Shown here piece after piece: positions 1 to 9,359 of a stretch of DNA of 64,000 nt. A program made the translations under genes and the position numbers. Below the pieces are notes generated by a model that had not been told where the DNA came from, made no database searches, and saw only the letters and a program-made list of their open reading frames with translations. The number at the start of each line of letters is the position of its first letter. The stretch's first letter is position 1. Source of the DNA: Candidatus Hydrogenedentota bacterium (GTDB lineage: Bacteria > Hydrogenedentota > Hydrogenedentia > Hydrogenedentales > GCA-2746185). The stretch lies in the NCBI GenBank assembly GCA_046583315.1, contig JAYGCN010000034.1, positions 8,860 through 72,859 of the forward strand, read 5' to 3'.

Positions 1-1747
1 CCGGCAACACCCCATGCGCCTTCTTCCACATCAGAAAGCCTTCTACCAGCATCCAGAACTGGATCAATTCGATCAGCAGGCCAACGCCCACCAGCAGCCA
101 GTTCTCTGCCCTAACCCACCCAGCGATATTCATCCACATCGCTACGGCAGGCAAAATCACCATCAACACCCCGGGAATCACGAGAAAAGCAATCGGTTTT
201 GAATGACGAATTAAATAGAAGGCGATCACCATGAAGGCCAAGCCCGCGAGCAACTGATTCACCGCACCGAACAATGGCCAAAGTATCAACCCCCCCGACC
301 CCGGACCCGCTGGCCCGGGAATCAGCGCCACAGCCAGCCCGACCACGACGGCGGTTGTCGTCGCAACATGCACATTTTTCAGTGGCTCGAAATTGAGCGC
401 GCCACCCATTTCCTGAATCACGTATCGCTGCAAACGCGTCGCCGTGTCCAAGGTTGTCATCGCAAAACACGCGACCATCACTGCCACCACACCGATGCTC
501 AATTCCAGACTCAGACCCAACGCGCTGATCATGTTAGCACCACCCACAATAAACGCGCCCACTTTCGCACCGAGTCCCATCGCCGCCCAGGATTCGCCGT
601 ACACATGTTGCCACGCCGCCGAACCCGTCAACATCGTACCGGTTGTCGCGTCCGTAATGCCCATGCCTAGTCCTGCACAACACGCAAGGATAACGATGAC
701 CGCCAGTGCGCCTTCGAGCAACATAGCACCGTACCCCACATACTGCGCGTCGGCTTCCGTCTCAAGTTGCTTCGAGGAGGTGCCTGAAGATACCAGGCAG
801 TGAAATCCCGATACGGCCCCGCACGCGATGGTTATGAACAGGAACGGAAAAATCGGAGGCGCGTCACTCGGCGGATTCATGTTGATGGCGGGCGCCGCGA
901 ATTCGGGGTGTGCAACCAGGAGACCAAGGCATAACAAAACGAGAGCGACGACCAACTGATGCGAATTGATAAAGTCACGGGGTTGCAACAATACGCCCAC
1001 TGGCAACACGCTGGCGATATAACAGTAGACGAACAATATCGCGGTCCAGATCACGACAGGAGACGCCAGTTTGTCGAAGTACGTTTCTGCATTCTCCGGG
1101 CTCGGAATCGAGAATTGCAGGGCTTCGTAGGTAACGCCAAGATACACACAGACGTACAACAGCGCCAAGGCGATCAGCGATGGGACGAGTAAACCCCCTT
1201 TCCCGCGCTTCATATAAACCCCAAGCAACAACGCCAGCGGCATCGCCACCCACACCGAAAGTACACTTTCTGGATACAGCGAAAAAATTGTTGCAATCAC
1301 CAGACCGAACACCGCCAGCACTATCGATAGCGCCATAAATAAAATGACCAGAAACAAAACGCGGGCGCGATGCGAAATCATCCGGGCAGCCACTTCGCCT
1401 ATAGTCTGCCCCCTCGAACGCATCGAAATAATCAGCGCACCGAAATCATGCACGGCCCCCACAAATATTGATCCCAGCACCACCCACAACAAGGCCGGCA
1501 ACCATCCCCAAAACACCGCAATCGCAGGCCCCACAATCGGACCCGTTCCGGCTATGGATGTAAAGTGATGCCCAAACACCACCGAACGTTTCGTCGGCAC
1601 ATAATCGACACCATCCTCCAACTCATGCGATGGCGTCAGCGCTTCCGGATCCAGATTGAATATCTTGCGTGCCAGGTACCGCCCGTAAGTGTTGTACGCC
1701 AAAATAAACGCGAAAAATGAGGCTATTGCCACGAATATGGTCATCAT
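1..1747 (-). CDS. cstA: Carbon starvation protein A family transporter (peptide/pyruvate:H+ symporter family); 3' end runs off the window
   Basis: Missing from the ORF track because it has no stop in the window. Translated by hand from ATG 1747: MMTIFVAIASFFAFILAYNTYGRYLARKIF...DGVDYVPTKRSVVFGHHFTSIAGTGPIVGPAIAVFWGWLPA, the typical CstA N-terminus; the same frame is still reading at position 2 (...KKAHGVLP). Confidence 0.93.
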   Translation of the reverse strand, partial: MMTIFVAIASFFAFILAYNTYGRYLARKIFNLDPEALTPSHELEDGVDYVPTKRSVVFGHHFTSIAGTGPIVGPAIAVFWGWLPALLWVVLGSIFVGAVHDFGALIISMRSRGQTIGEVAARMISHRARVLFLVILFMALSIVLAVFGLVIATIFSLYPESVLSVWVAMPLALLLGVYMKRGKGGLLVPSLIALALLYVCVYLGVTYEALQFSIPSPENAETYFDKLASPVVIWTAILFVYCYIASVLPVGVLLQPRDFINSHQLVVALVLLCLGLLVAHPEFAAPAINMNPPSDAPPIFPFLFITIACGAVSGFHCLVSSGTSSKQLETEADAQYVGYGAMLLEGALAVIVILACCAGLGMGITDATTGTMLTGSAAWQHVYGESWAAMGLGAKVGAFIVGGANMISALGLSLELSIGVVAVMVACFAMTTLDTATRLQRYVIQEMGGALNFEPLKNVHVATTTAVVVGLAVALIPGPAGPGSGGLILWPLFGAVNQLLAGLAFMVIAFYLIRHSKPIAFLVIPGVLMVILPAVAMWMNIAGWVRAENWLLVGVGLLIELIQFWMLVEGFLMWKKAHGVLP

Positions 1748-1817
1748 GTCTAAATTCTCTCCTTTCGTCCAAGCACGCTCTCCAGTATATACACAACCCA
1801 AACCCATTTTCACCGCC

Positions 1818-1860
1818 TTACCTTTCTTTTAGAAAAAAGAAAGGCAAGACCAAAGAAAAG
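1818..1860 (-). repeat. Short intergenic hairpin element, copy 1 (CTTTTCTTTGGT + T/C-rich stem-loop)
   Basis: Minus strand reads cttttctttggtc-ttgcctttctttt-ttct-aaaagaaaggtaa (13-bp stem with one G-T pair); closely resembles 23069-23108. Confidence 0.6.
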
Positions 1861-1940
1861 TCCTGCCGAACGGTAAATTGCCAGATGCTTTGCAGCTTCA
1901 TTGGGTTGAATAATGGCTGCATGGGCATTACACTGCTCGA

Positions 1941-2720
1941 ATGAATTCACTTGCAAATAAAGTCGTGGTGATCATCGGCGGCACGAGTGGTATTGGCCTC
2001 TCCGCAGCAAAGGCGTGCATCGCTTCCGGGGCGAAGGTCGTCGCTACGGGCGTCGGAGACTCCGTCGATTCGGCGAAAAAGGAACTAGGCACCGATGCCG
2101 TGGTACTGGATGCGGATACCACTGATCCAGGCTCCTCTGACAAAGCCATCTCCGTAGCCATCGACACCTTCGGCGGCTTCGATGCCCTATACCATGTCGC
2201 GGGTGGTAGCGGACGTCGCTTCGGTGATGGTAAACTCCATTCCGCCACGGACGAAGGAATCCAAAAAACGCTCGAACTCAATCTCACTTCCGTTCTTTAT
2301 TCCAATCGTGCCGCCCTGCGCTATTTCATCGAAAACAAACAAACCGGGACCATCGTAAACCTCACTTCCGTACTCGCCTCCTCCCCCAGTCCCGAACACT
2401 TCGGCACCAGCGTCTATGCCACTGCCAAAGCAGGTATCATCGGTCTCACGAAGAACTTGGCGGCTAACTACGCATCCGCAAATATTCGCGTAAACGCAAT
2501 TGCCGCTGGACTCGTCGACACACCCATGTCATCCCGCGCTCAAAGTGACGCGACCATCATGGATTACATCAAAAACAAACAACCTCTCGACGGTGGCCGC
2601 ATCGGCACACCCGAAGACCTCGACGCATTGGTCGTTTACTTGCTCTCCTATGAATCTCGCATCGTCACCGGTCAAGTCATCGCTGTTGACGGCGGTTGGT
2701 CCGTCAGCGAAGGCCACTAA
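1941..2720 (+). CDS. Classical SDR family NAD(P)-dependent oxidoreductase
   Basis: GGTSGIG Rossmann motif, YATAK catalytic YxxxK, NAIAAG, C-terminal TGQVIAVDGG. Confidence 0.93.
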   Translation: MNSLANKVVVIIGGTSGIGLSAAKACIASGAKVVATGVGDSVDSAKKELGTDAVVLDADTTDPGSSDKAISVAIDTFGGFDALYHVAGGSGRRFGDGKLHSATDEGIQKTLELNLTSVLYSNRAALRYFIENKQTGTIVNLTSVLASSPSPEHFGTSVYATAKAGIIGLTKNLAANYASANIRVNAIAAGLVDTPMSSRAQSDATIMDYIKNKQPLDGGRIGTPEDLDALVVYLLSYESRIVTGQVIAVDGGWSVSEGH

Positions 2721-2721
2721 G

Positions 2722-3627
2722 GTGCCGGACGAAGAGTATATTCTCGGCGTTGATATCGGCGGCACGCAAATCAAGATCGTTCGTGTGACCGCACAAGGCG
2801 CGCTCTTCGATACCCATCACGTGGACACGAATGACGATATCAACGATTGGCCCAAGTATGTTCGAAACACTGTAAACGAAGTTACTGCGCTACATTCTCC
2901 ACCGACGCGCATCGGCATCTGCGGTCCAGGTCTCGCGGCACAGGACAACCGCTCCATCGCCTGGATGCAAGGTCGGATGAAATCGCTGCAAGGGGTTGAC
3001 TGGACCGATATCTTTGAATCGGAGACGCTAATCACCGTGTTGAACGATGCCCATGCCGCACTGCTTGGCGAACGTTGGGTCGGTCCCGCTGCGGGGTTCC
3101 AAGATCTCATCATGCTCACCTTGGGCACCGGAGTTGGCGGTGCAATCATGGTAAACGGAGAAATATTACAAGGGGCCAGCGGTCGCGCAGGACATCTCGG
3201 CCATATCAGCCTCAATGTACATGGAGAATTGGATATCGTAAATACACCCGGCAGCCTTGAAGACGCCATCGGCAATTGCACGATAGAAAAACGCAGCAAC
3301 GGTCGCTTCACCTCTACCCACGATCTCGTCGATGCTCACGCGAAGGGAGACAAAGAAGCGACCCGCGTCTGGCTCGAATCAGTTCACCATCTCGCCTGCG
3401 CTCTGGTATCATTCATCAACATTGTCGATCCGGAAATCATCCTGCTCGGCGGCGGCATCGCGCGCACGGGCGAATTGTTACTCAGCCCATTACGCGAAGA
3501 AATGGACAAACTCGAATGGCGGCCCTTCGGTGAAGAGGTCTCCATCGTACTCGCAAGCCACGGCGATCTCGCAGGGGCCTACGGCGCAGCATATTTTGCA
3601 CTTCATCACGGAAAGGAATCCACATGA
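2722..3627 (+). CDS. ROK family sugar kinase
   Basis: GVDIGGT phosphate-1 motif, NDAHAALLGE, LGTGVGG, AGHLGH. Start taken as the in-frame GTG at 2722, one base after the SDR stop, rather than 2500. Confidence 0.9.
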   Translation: MPDEEYILGVDIGGTQIKIVRVTAQGALFDTHHVDTNDDINDWPKYVRNTVNEVTALHSPPTRIGICGPGLAAQDNRSIAWMQGRMKSLQGVDWTDIFESETLITVLNDAHAALLGERWVGPAAGFQDLIMLTLGTGVGGAIMVNGEILQGASGRAGHLGHISLNVHGELDIVNTPGSLEDAIGNCTIEKRSNGRFTSTHDLVDAHAKGDKEATRVWLESVHHLACALVSFINIVDPEIILLGGGIARTGELLLSPLREEMDKLEWRPFGEEVSIVLASHGDLAGAYGAAYFALHHGKEST

Positions 3628-4409
3628 CGCCCAGTGAAGACTATTTATCAAAATGTTCCGGCATATTGGAATCGGTTCAGGGGCAATCCAAAGGAATCCA
3701 CCAAGCTGCCGACTGGTTCGCGGACACCATCCTCGCCGGACGCATGGTTCATGTCTTCGGCTCCGGCCACAGCCGCATCATGGTCGAAGAAATGTGGCCG
3801 CGCTACGGCTCCTTCCCCGGCTTCAATCCCATCGTCGAACTCTCCCTCACCTTTCACAACCTCGTCGTCGGTGCCAACGGACAACGCCAGGCCATGTTTC
3901 TTGAAAACGTCTCAGGACTCGCCGAACGCATTCTCCGAAACTTCGATCTCAGCGAAATCGACTCCGCCCTCATCATCTCCTCCAGCGGTTGCAACATCGT
4001 ACCCATCGAAATGGCCGAGGGGTTTCAGAAAGCCGGCATCAAAGTCGTCTCCATCGTCACTCAGGCCCACTCGGATGCCTCGACATCGAAAGACCCGCGC
4101 GGCAAAAAGCTCACCGATTTCTCCGACCTCGTCCTCGATACCGGGGCACCCTCGGGCGATGCAATGACTACCATAGACGGCCTCGAATCGCCCGTCGCGC
4201 CCGGCTCCTCGGTCGGCGGCTGCATGCTCATCAACGCCATCAAAGCCGAAGTCGCTGAACGACTCACTGCAGCAGGCCAACTCCCAAAAGTGCTCACCGC
4301 CGCCTGCAACGTCGGCACCGAAGAAGCCACTCGACTCTTTGAGGCCGCCTACGACGAACACGGACGCCGCCTCGCTAAACTTTATGAATCCCTCGGAGAA
4401 AACGAATGA
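3624..4409 (+). CDS. SIS-domain sugar(-phosphate) isomerase-like protein
   Basis: VHVFGSGHS, IISSSGCN..PIEMA and LVLDTG SIS motifs; ATGA overlap with the ROK gene. Confidence 0.87.
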   Translation: MTPSEDYLSKCSGILESVQGQSKGIHQAADWFADTILAGRMVHVFGSGHSRIMVEEMWPRYGSFPGFNPIVELSLTFHNLVVGANGQRQAMFLENVSGLAERILRNFDLSEIDSALIISSSGCNIVPIEMAEGFQKAGIKVVSIVTQAHSDASTSKDPRGKKLTDFSDLVLDTGAPSGDAMTTIDGLESPVAPGSSVGGCMLINAIKAEVAERLTAAGQLPKVLTAACNVGTEEATRLFEAAYDEHGRRLAKLYESLGENE

Positions 4410-5449
4410 ACGAACGCCCCTTACGCACCACGGTCATCGGCAGCTACCCCTTCCCCGGCTGGCTCGAATACGCTACGGGAAATCTCGACGACTTCGGCTA
4501 CGCTGACCTCGAGGAAATGATTGACGACGCGGTCACCGTAGCCATTGCAGACCAGACTCGCGCGGGACTCGATGTCATCACCGACGGCGAACAAACCCGC
4601 CTCGATTTCAACCTCTCCTTTTATGGCTTCCTCGAAGGCATCGACCTCGAAGGTGCCTCCCCGCGACTCCACGGTCCCCCCGCGCACGATCAACGCGGCA
4701 AACACGAAATCACCGGAGACATCACAGCCCCTAACGGCCTCGGCACGGTCGAAGATTTCGAACGCTTCAAACGTCTCGCGCCCACAGGCGAAAACGCCCC
4801 AATCCGCAAAGCCAGCGTACCCGGCCCCTTCACCATGAGTGGTCGACTCCTGCCCAATGCGCAATACAAAGACCGCTACGCCATCACCGAAGCCCTCGTG
4901 CCCATCATCCGTCAAGAACTCGCCGATCTGCTCGAAGCAGGCTGCACGGAAATCACCGTCGATGAACCGTCCATGAGCTGTTATGGTTACAAAGAAGACA
5001 CCAAACGTTTCGTAGATATCTACAACCGCACCGTCGAACCCATCGTCGGCAAATGCAACCTATCGACCCATCTCTGCTTCGGTAATTTCAAGGGGCACGC
5101 AGTCGGCCGGCGAAAATACGCTCCCCTCTTCCCCGATTTCCTCGACATGCACGCAGACGAAGTCCACCTCGAAATGGCCAGTCGTGAATTCGCCGAGCTC
5201 GACGTCATCGCCGAGGTCGCCAAAACGAAACACGTCGCCATCGGCATCGTCGATGTAAAAAGTTACTACATCGAATCCGTCGCGGACATCGTCGAGCGCG
5301 TCAAACGCTGCCTCGAACATGCCCCCGCCGAAAAACTCTCCTTCGCACCCGACTGCGGACTCAGCCAGACCGCGCGGTGGGCTGCAAAACAAAAAATGAA
5401 CAACATGGTCGCGGGTGTGCACGAAGTACGCGCGGAGCTGAGCCTGTGA
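4406..5449 (+). CDS. Cobalamin-independent methionine synthase II family protein (single catalytic barrel, MetE C-half-like)
   Basis: TTVIGSYP, GLDVITDGEQTR, PGPFT, VDEP; Zn ligands HLC, E (HLEM) and C (PDCGL); 347 aa, about half of full-length MetE. Confidence 0.88.
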   Translation: MNERPLRTTVIGSYPFPGWLEYATGNLDDFGYADLEEMIDDAVTVAIADQTRAGLDVITDGEQTRLDFNLSFYGFLEGIDLEGASPRLHGPPAHDQRGKHEITGDITAPNGLGTVEDFERFKRLAPTGENAPIRKASVPGPFTMSGRLLPNAQYKDRYAITEALVPIIRQELADLLEAGCTEITVDEPSMSCYGYKEDTKRFVDIYNRTVEPIVGKCNLSTHLCFGNFKGHAVGRRKYAPLFPDFLDMHADEVHLEMASREFAELDVIAEVAKTKHVAIGIVDVKSYYIESVADIVERVKRCLEHAPAEKLSFAPDCGLSQTARWAAKQKMNNMVAGVHEVRAELSL

Positions 5450-6285
5450 TACCTCCTGCAAAAAAAGACGACGAACTTCTGATGGATATCGCCACCGCCC
5501 GCGAAGAAAAAGACGCCCTGCACATATGGTGGCTCGGACAAAGCGGCTTCCTCGTCGAATACAACGGTACCACTGTGCTCTTCGACCCCTACCTCTCCGA
5601 TTCGCTCACCCGCAAATACGCCGACACCAATAAACCCCACGTCCGCATGACCGACCTCGTCGTTGACCCCGCCAAACTCACCGATATCGACGTCGTCACC
5701 TCCAGCCACAACCACACCGACCACCTCGACGCAGAAACCCTCAGTGCACTCTTCGACACCAACCCCGACATGGCCTTCGTCATTCCCGAAGCCAACCGCG
5801 CCTTCATCGCCGACCGACTTCAACGCGATGCAGACGCCCCCATCGGACTCAACGACGGTCGATCCGCCAAGGTAAACGGAGTCGAATTCTTCGGCATCAC
5901 CGCCGCCCACAACGAAATCTCCCGCGACGACCACGGCCACTCCCACTTCCTCGGCTATATCGCGAAAATCGGACCCTGGACCCTCTACCACTCCGGCGAC
6001 ACCCTTCTACACGACGGCCTCGAAGAACAACTCAACGCCTTCGACATCGATGTCGCCTTCCTGCCCATCAACGGCAACCTGCCCGAACGCCGCGTCGCCG
6101 GAAACCTCGACGGAGACGAAGCCGCACAACTCGCCCACGACATCGGCATCGCCCTCGTCATCCCCTGCCACTACGGCCTCTTCGAATTCAACACCGCGAG
6201 AACCGAACCCTTCGAACGAGCCTGCACCAAACTCGAACAAGAATATGAAATTCTGGAAAATGGCGAACGGGTGACCTTGGAGTGA
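5446..6285 (+). CDS. MBL-fold metallo-hydrolase (UlaG/lactonase-like)
   Basis: WWLGQSGF, DPYLS, SHNHTDHLD (HxHxDH), YHSGDT, LPING, IPCHY; GTGA start overlaps the previous stop. Confidence 0.88.
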   Translation: MIPPAKKDDELLMDIATAREEKDALHIWWLGQSGFLVEYNGTTVLFDPYLSDSLTRKYADTNKPHVRMTDLVVDPAKLTDIDVVTSSHNHTDHLDAETLSALFDTNPDMAFVIPEANRAFIADRLQRDADAPIGLNDGRSAKVNGVEFFGITAAHNEISRDDHGHSHFLGYIAKIGPWTLYHSGDTLLHDGLEEQLNAFDIDVAFLPINGNLPERRVAGNLDGDEAAQLAHDIGIALVIPCHYGLFEFNTARTEPFERACTKLEQEYEILENGERVTLE

Positions 6286-6394
6286 CTAGAGTCCTTCATG
6301 AGATAAATAATATGGAGCTGGGATTGAATATATTGCTAGCTAGTTTTGTATTCTTTGCGTCATCAGAACCTAACCCTTAAACGGAGACTCGAGC

Positions 6395-6808
6395 ATGACA
6401 GAAATTTTCATTGTTTCGCTTGCGGCTGTGGTTTTTATATCCTTTCCTATACTCATCATCTGGTACATAGTGCGCTTTCGAAGGAAACTCACTCTGTTTC
6501 GCACTCGTTTGGAAATGGAATCCGGGAACAATCCAGTATATGAATCCGATAATGCCATTTACCGGCCAGCTAACATCCGTATTTCAGTATATGAGACATT
6601 CTGTGTCTGTTACGGTGAAGCTTTCGAATACACAGCTATACGAGAAATTGTCATGCAGAAACTCTTAGGGTCAGTCATAGTAACTCTAAGGTTTCGTAAA
6701 CGAAATCCAGATTTCACATACATACTCATGTCAAACACAGATTTGGCCAAAAAGTATATCGATTATATACTTCTACAAACGCCCTCAATCGTGCTCAAAC
6801 ATATTTGA
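6395..6808 (+). CDS. Hypothetical protein with N-terminal transmembrane helix
   Basis: 137-aa ORF with GGAG upstream and a hydrophobic N-terminus; AT-rich, atypical codon usage. Confidence 0.6.
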   Translation: MTEIFIVSLAAVVFISFPILIIWYIVRFRRKLTLFRTRLEMESGNNPVYESDNAIYRPANIRISVYETFCVCYGEAFEYTAIREIVMQKLLGSVIVTLRFRKRNPDFTYILMSNTDLAKKYIDYILLQTPSIVLKHI

Positions 6809-6835
6809 GCACACAGCAACAAAAGGAGCCGAACC

Positions 6836-7645
6836 ATGAACACATACAAAGACACCACCGCCCTCATCACGGGCGCATCATCCGGAATCGGCGAGGAATT
6901 CGCGAAGTTGCTTGCGAAGGTCGGAGCCAATCTCATCCTTACGGCGCGATCGACCGACAAACTGGAGGCCTTGCAGAAATCGTTGAGCGACGCGCACTCG
7001 GTCAAGGTCGATGTCATCAGCGAGGACTTGAGCCAGCCGGGTGCCGCGACGAAACTGCACCAGGAAATCGTGACTCGCGGGCTGCATGTCGACCTGCTCA
7101 TCAACAACGCCGGCTTCGGCAAGTGGGGCATGTTTCTCGACTTCGATACCGACTGTTACAACGAGATGCTCAACCTCAACATCAATTCCCTCATCGAACT
7201 CTCGCACCTTTGCTTGCCCGCCATGCTCGAAAAAGGAGACGGCGGCATCATCAACGTCGCCTCCACCGGAGCCTTCGTCCCCTTGCCCTATTCCGCCGTC
7301 TACGCCGCCACCAAAGCCTGCGTACTCAGCTTCTCCGAAGGACTCTACGGAGAATGCCAGGGAAAAGGCGTTCACGTGATGGCCCTATGCCCCGGCGGCA
7401 CCGAAACAGCATTCGCCTCCGTCGCCAACGACTCCGTAGATCTCTCAGGCGCGAAATGGGACTCCGCCGAATCCGTCGCGCAAGATGGCCTGGACCAATT
7501 CTTGAACGGAAGATCCTGTTACATCTGCGGCAAGAATGGCAACGCCGCTTTCCTCCCGCGAATCCTCAGCCGCGAACGCGTCATCAAAACCACCAAAAAA
7601 ATGTGGGGCGGCATGCTCAAAGATCGCGGAATGAAAATTGATTAA
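6836..7645 (+). CDS. SDR family oxidoreductase (DltE-like)
   Basis: TGASSGIG, NNAGFG, YAATK; AAGGAG RBS. Confidence 0.92.
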   Translation: MNTYKDTTALITGASSGIGEEFAKLLAKVGANLILTARSTDKLEALQKSLSDAHSVKVDVISEDLSQPGAATKLHQEIVTRGLHVDLLINNAGFGKWGMFLDFDTDCYNEMLNLNINSLIELSHLCLPAMLEKGDGGIINVASTGAFVPLPYSAVYAATKACVLSFSEGLYGECQGKGVHVMALCPGGTETAFASVANDSVDLSGAKWDSAESVAQDGLDQFLNGRSCYICGKNGNAAFLPRILSRERVIKTTKKMWGGMLKDRGMKID

Positions 7646-7759
7646 GTTGTTTAACATAAATAACTTACGACAATATTCGTCAACTGAATACCTATTGTTT
7701 CCCGAGCCCGCTTTGGCTCAACACGCAACACATCGCCCAGTAGTTAGATTGGGGACACG

Positions 7760-8152
7760 ATGACTATCAATACCATCTCGGCGTGGGTCGCCATATCGGG
7801 CTTCACGCTCATGACCGTGTTTCAACTGGCCCTGGCTGCCGGAGCACCATTGGGTGAAGCCGCCTGGGGAGGGCAACACCGTGTCCTGCCAACGAAACTA
7901 CGCATCGGGAGTGCCGTATCCGTCGGAATCTTCCTCCTCGGAATCGCCTGCGTCCTCGAAACGGCTCACATCGCGACCGTACTCAACGCCCCCGCATTGT
8001 GCCGGGTGGTGGTCTGGGGCCTAACAGGATTAACCGCCCTGAGCACCGTGGGCAACGCGATGTCTACCAGCAAACTCGAGCGCGCCATCATGACAGCAGC
8101 CTGCCTGACCATGACAGCAGCCTGCCTGACCATGTTGCTCACCTCCAAGTGA
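7760..8152 (+). CDS. Small integral membrane protein
   Basis: About four hydrophobic segments; FQLALAAGAPLGEAAWGG segment. Confidence 0.75.
   Translation: MTINTISAWVAISGFTLMTVFQLALAAGAPLGEAAWGGQHRVLPTKLRIGSAVSVGIFLLGIACVLETAHIATVLNAPALCRVVVWGLTGLTALSTVGNAMSTSKLERAIMTAACLTMTAACLTMLLTSK
8089..8134 (+). repeat. Perfect 21-bp tandem duplication (catgacagcagcctgcctgac x2)
   Basis: Read directly; encodes MTAACLT twice, in frame. Confidence 0.95.
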
Positions 8153-8210
8153 CAGCGAATCAGAATATTAATTTGGGATTTCATATGACTAAATGCGCGA
8201 AGGCAGGCGA

Positions 8211-9314
8211 ATGAATACACGAGTCATCGGATTCGACCTCGCCAGAGCCTTGGCTATATTCGGCATGGTGCTCGTAAACTTCAAGGTTGTCATGGGCGCG
8301 AGCACCAACGGGAGTGACTGGCTGATTTTCACGATGGGACTGTTGGACGGTCGCGCGGCGGCTACTTTTGTCGTTCTTGCCGGCATCGGAATTTCATTGT
8401 TGTCCAAATCCGCACGCGACAGCGGCGACCCGGTGCGACTCCGACAAACGCGCACTACCCTGCTCAAACGTGCCCTCTTTCTTTTCGTGCTCGGCTCCCT
8501 CTACACCTCCATCTGGCCCGCAGACATCCTGCATTTCTACGGCATATACATTGCCATTGCTGCTTTTCTTTTTGCCGCACCCACGCGCCGACTCTGGGCC
8601 ATCGCAGTGTCACTCACATTCGGCTTCGTAGTGCTCGTGCTGACCCTAGACTACGAAAAAGGCTGGGATTTCGAGACGCTGGAGTACGCGGGTCTCTGGA
8701 CACCCTCCGGGATGATCCGCCATCTCTTTTTCAACGGCTTCCACCCGACCATTCCCTGGTTAGCCTTCTTGTTGGTCGGAATCATACTGGGCCGACTCAA
8801 CTGGAATAATTCAGAGATGCGGCGTCGAATATTCGTGATCGGCGCAAGTGTCGCCCTCATCACCGAAGCAACGAGCGCCGCCTTGGTCGCCGTTGTGTCA
8901 CCGGGCTCAACCGGTGAAGAACTGGAAATTATCACGGCTCTATTCGGAACCGCACCGATGCCTCCGATGCCCCAATACATCCTCGCCGGTACAGGAACCG
9001 CGTGCGCGCTCATCGCAGTCTGCGTTTCGATAGGGCAGCGTTTCCCTGATGCAGCGTGGTTACGTCCCTTCGTTTCAACCGGCCAAATCGCCCTAACCCT
9101 CTATGTCGCCCACGTCTTTATCGGAATGGCCACACTCGAAACGCTCGGCCGACTCGAAGACCAACCACTTCCCTTTTCTGTATTGGCATCATTCCTATTT
9201 TGTGCCTTCGGAGTTGCATTCGCCTGGCTCTGGCGCCTACGCTTTTCGAGAGGCCCCATCGAACTTGCTATGCGAAAAATTACGGAGGTGAACGCGCGAA
9301 ATACTATCGACTAA
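8211..9314 (+). CDS. DUF418 / heparan-alpha-glucosaminide N-acetyltransferase-like membrane protein
   Basis: RVIGFDLARALAIFGM, DILHFYG, GQIALTLYVAH, RGPIE motifs; multi-pass hydrophobic. Confidence 0.82.
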   Translation: MNTRVIGFDLARALAIFGMVLVNFKVVMGASTNGSDWLIFTMGLLDGRAAATFVVLAGIGISLLSKSARDSGDPVRLRQTRTTLLKRALFLFVLGSLYTSIWPADILHFYGIYIAIAAFLFAAPTRRLWAIAVSLTFGFVVLVLTLDYEKGWDFETLEYAGLWTPSGMIRHLFFNGFHPTIPWLAFLLVGIILGRLNWNNSEMRRRIFVIGASVALITEATSAALVAVVSPGSTGEELEIITALFGTAPMPPMPQYILAGTGTACALIAVCVSIGQRFPDAAWLRPFVSTGQIALTLYVAHVFIGMATLETLGRLEDQPLPFSVLASFLFCAFGVAFAWLWRLRFSRGPIELAMRKITEVNARNTID

Positions 9315-9359
9315 ACGATCACGATGCAAGGTTTTCCAAGTATTGAGCGAAGATTGATC

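Noticed and set aside
14..1568. Several short + and - strand ORFs in the track over 1-1750
   Set aside because: They are shadows of the cstA gene on the - strand, which the track omitted because it lacks a stop in the window.
2500..2721. 74-aa N-terminal extension of the ROK ORF
   Set aside because: Overlaps the SDR gene in another frame; the ROK motif begins right after GTG 2722.
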